From assembly GCF_018350175.1 (NCBI RefSeq), contig NC_058368.1, positions 217,932,001 through 217,996,000 on the forward strand: 64,000 nucleotides of DNA, given 5' to 3'. This document shows, piece by piece, positions 62,040 to 64,000 of the stretch. Made by a program: the position numbers and the translations under genes. Source of the DNA: Felis catus. Lineage: Eukaryota. How positions within the stretch are numbered: position 1 is the first letter of the stretch; every line of letters begins with the position of its first letter. The notes beneath the pieces are model-generated. The model was given only the letters and a program-made list of their open reading frames with translations. It was not told the origin of the DNA and did no database searches.

Positions 62040-64000
62040 ATTTCTGTGCTCACGGTATATTCTCCAGAGTATATCACACACTAGGAAACAAATCAGGCCT
62101 CAACAATTACAAAAAGATTGAGATCATACCACTCATCTGACCACAACACTATGAAACTTGAAGTCAAGCATAAGAAAAAAATTGGAAAGATCACAAATAC
62201 ATGGAGATTAAATGCTACTAGGCAATGAATGGGTCAACTATGAAATCAAAGAAACTAAAATAAATAAATAAATGGAAACATGAAAATGAAAACATAATAG
62301 TCTAAAACCTTTGGAATACGGCAAAAGCAGTTGTAACAGGGAAGTATATAGCAATATAAGTCAACCTCAAGAAGCAAGAAAAATCTCAAAGAAAAAATCT
62401 AACCTTATACCTAACGGAGCTAGAAAAAAAATGAAGCCTAAAGCCAGCTGAAGGAAGGAAATAATAGTGATAACAACACACAAATGATATAGAAACTAAA
62501 ATACAAAAAATAATAGAACAGATTGATGAACCAGGAGCTGATTCTTTGAAAAAAATTAATGAAATTGATAAACAGTCAGATTTACCAAAAGAAAAGAGAA
62601 AGGACCCAAATAAAATCACAAATGAGAGAGCAGAAATAACAACCAACACCACAGAAATACAAGCAATCAAGAGAATATTATGAAAAACTATACACCAACA
62701 AATGGGACAACCTGGAAGAAATGGATAAATTCTTAAAAACATATAAACCACCAAACCTGAAACAGGAAGAAATAGAAATTTTGAACAGACTGACAACCAG
62801 CAAAGAAACTGAAATAGTAATCAAAAATTAAGTCCAGGACTCAATGGCTTCCAAGTGGAATTCTACCAAATATTTAAAGAAGAGTCAATACATATGCTTT
62901 TCAAACTATTCAAAAAACAGAAAAGGAGGGAAAACTTCTAAATTAATTCTATGAATCCAGCATTACATTGATACTGAAACCAGATAAATACTACACTAAA
63001 AAAGAAAGCTATGGGACAACATCCCCAATGAACATGGATGCAAAACTTCTCAACAAAATACGAACAAACCGAATCCAACAATACATTAAAATAATTGTTC
63101 ACCATGATCAAGTGGGATTTATTCCTGGGTTGCCAGGGTAGCTCAATATTCACAAATTAATCAACATGATATACCACATTAATAAAAATTAGAATTATAT
63201 GATCAATTCAATAGATGCAGAAAAAGCATCTGACAAAGTAGAACATCCATTTATGGTAACTCAACAAAGCAGGGTTAGAGGGAACATACCTCAACATAAT
63301 TAAAGGCCATATACATTAAACCCACAGCTAATATCATCCTCAATGGGGAAAAACAGAGCTTTAGCTCTATAGCCAAGAACAAGACAGGGATGTCCACTCT
63401 CACTATAGAATTGGAAGGCTGAGCCACAGCAATCGGACAACAAAAAGATATAAAAAGTATCCAAATCAAAAAGGAAGGTACAGGATTTGTAGGTACAGGA
63501 TACTCTATAAGGAAACCCAAAAGACTCCACCAAAAAACATTGCTAGAACTGATACACAAATTCAGGAAAGTCACAGTATACAAAATCAACATACAGAAAT
63601 ATGTTGCATTTTTATACACCAATAATGAAGTTATGGAAAGAGAAATCAAGGAATAAATCCCATTTACAATTGTACCAAAAAACTTAAGATACTGAGGAAT
63701 GAACCTAACCAAAGAGGTGAAAGATCTGTACTCTGAAAACTGTAGAACACTTATGAAAGAAATTCAAGAGCACATAAAGAAAAGGGAAAGCATTCCATAT
63801 TCATGGATTGGAAGAACAAACATTGTTTGTCTATACTACCCAAAGCACTCTATACATTTAACGCAATCCCTATCAAAATACCACCAGCATTTTTCACAGA
63901 TCTAGAACAAACAATCCTAAAATTTGTATGGAACAACAAAAGACCTTGAATAGCCAAAACAAATTTCAATAAGAAAAGCAAAGCTGGAGGCATCACAATT
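62040..64000 (+). mobile_element. Degenerate L1 ORF2 (end of endonuclease through RT), continues past window end
   Basis: [59 protein letters not shown]...IPYSWIGR. Confidence 0.96.

Noticed and set aside
1..64000. CRISPR array, operon or other prokaryotic system
   Set aside because: The sequence is mammalian; recurring motifs are dispersed SINE and L1 copies, not repeat-spacer arrays.

Overview
AT-rich, repeat-dense mammalian DNA, almost certainly from a cat-family (Felidae) genome: it holds about 30 carnivore tRNA-derived CanSINEs, several of the young felid SINEC_Fc type, plus many L1 pieces, MIR/L2/MaLR relics and microsatellites. I found no intact protein-coding gene; nearly all ORF-track calls are repeat-derived. 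Two structures stand out. (1) A decayed processed pseudogene of TMEM179B on the minus strand (about 33865-34695). (2) An ancient, near full-length class I (epsilon-like/HEPSI-type) endogenous retrovirus on the plus strand (about 47330-59170), with two diverged LTRs, a tRNA-Ser primer-binding site and gag, pro, RT, RNase H, integrase and probable env remnants; it is split inside RT by a 3.8-kb antisense L1 and carries several SINE insertions. Smaller items: a solo ERV1 LTR with a 4-bp TSD, a candidate 84-nt exon, a candidate enhancer, a perfect 50-bp (TG)n/(CA)n palindrome, a templated-insertion scar in an L1, and two SINEs sharing one target site. Repeat subfamily names come from recall of consensus sequences, not from a search, and boundaries of old elements are approximate.
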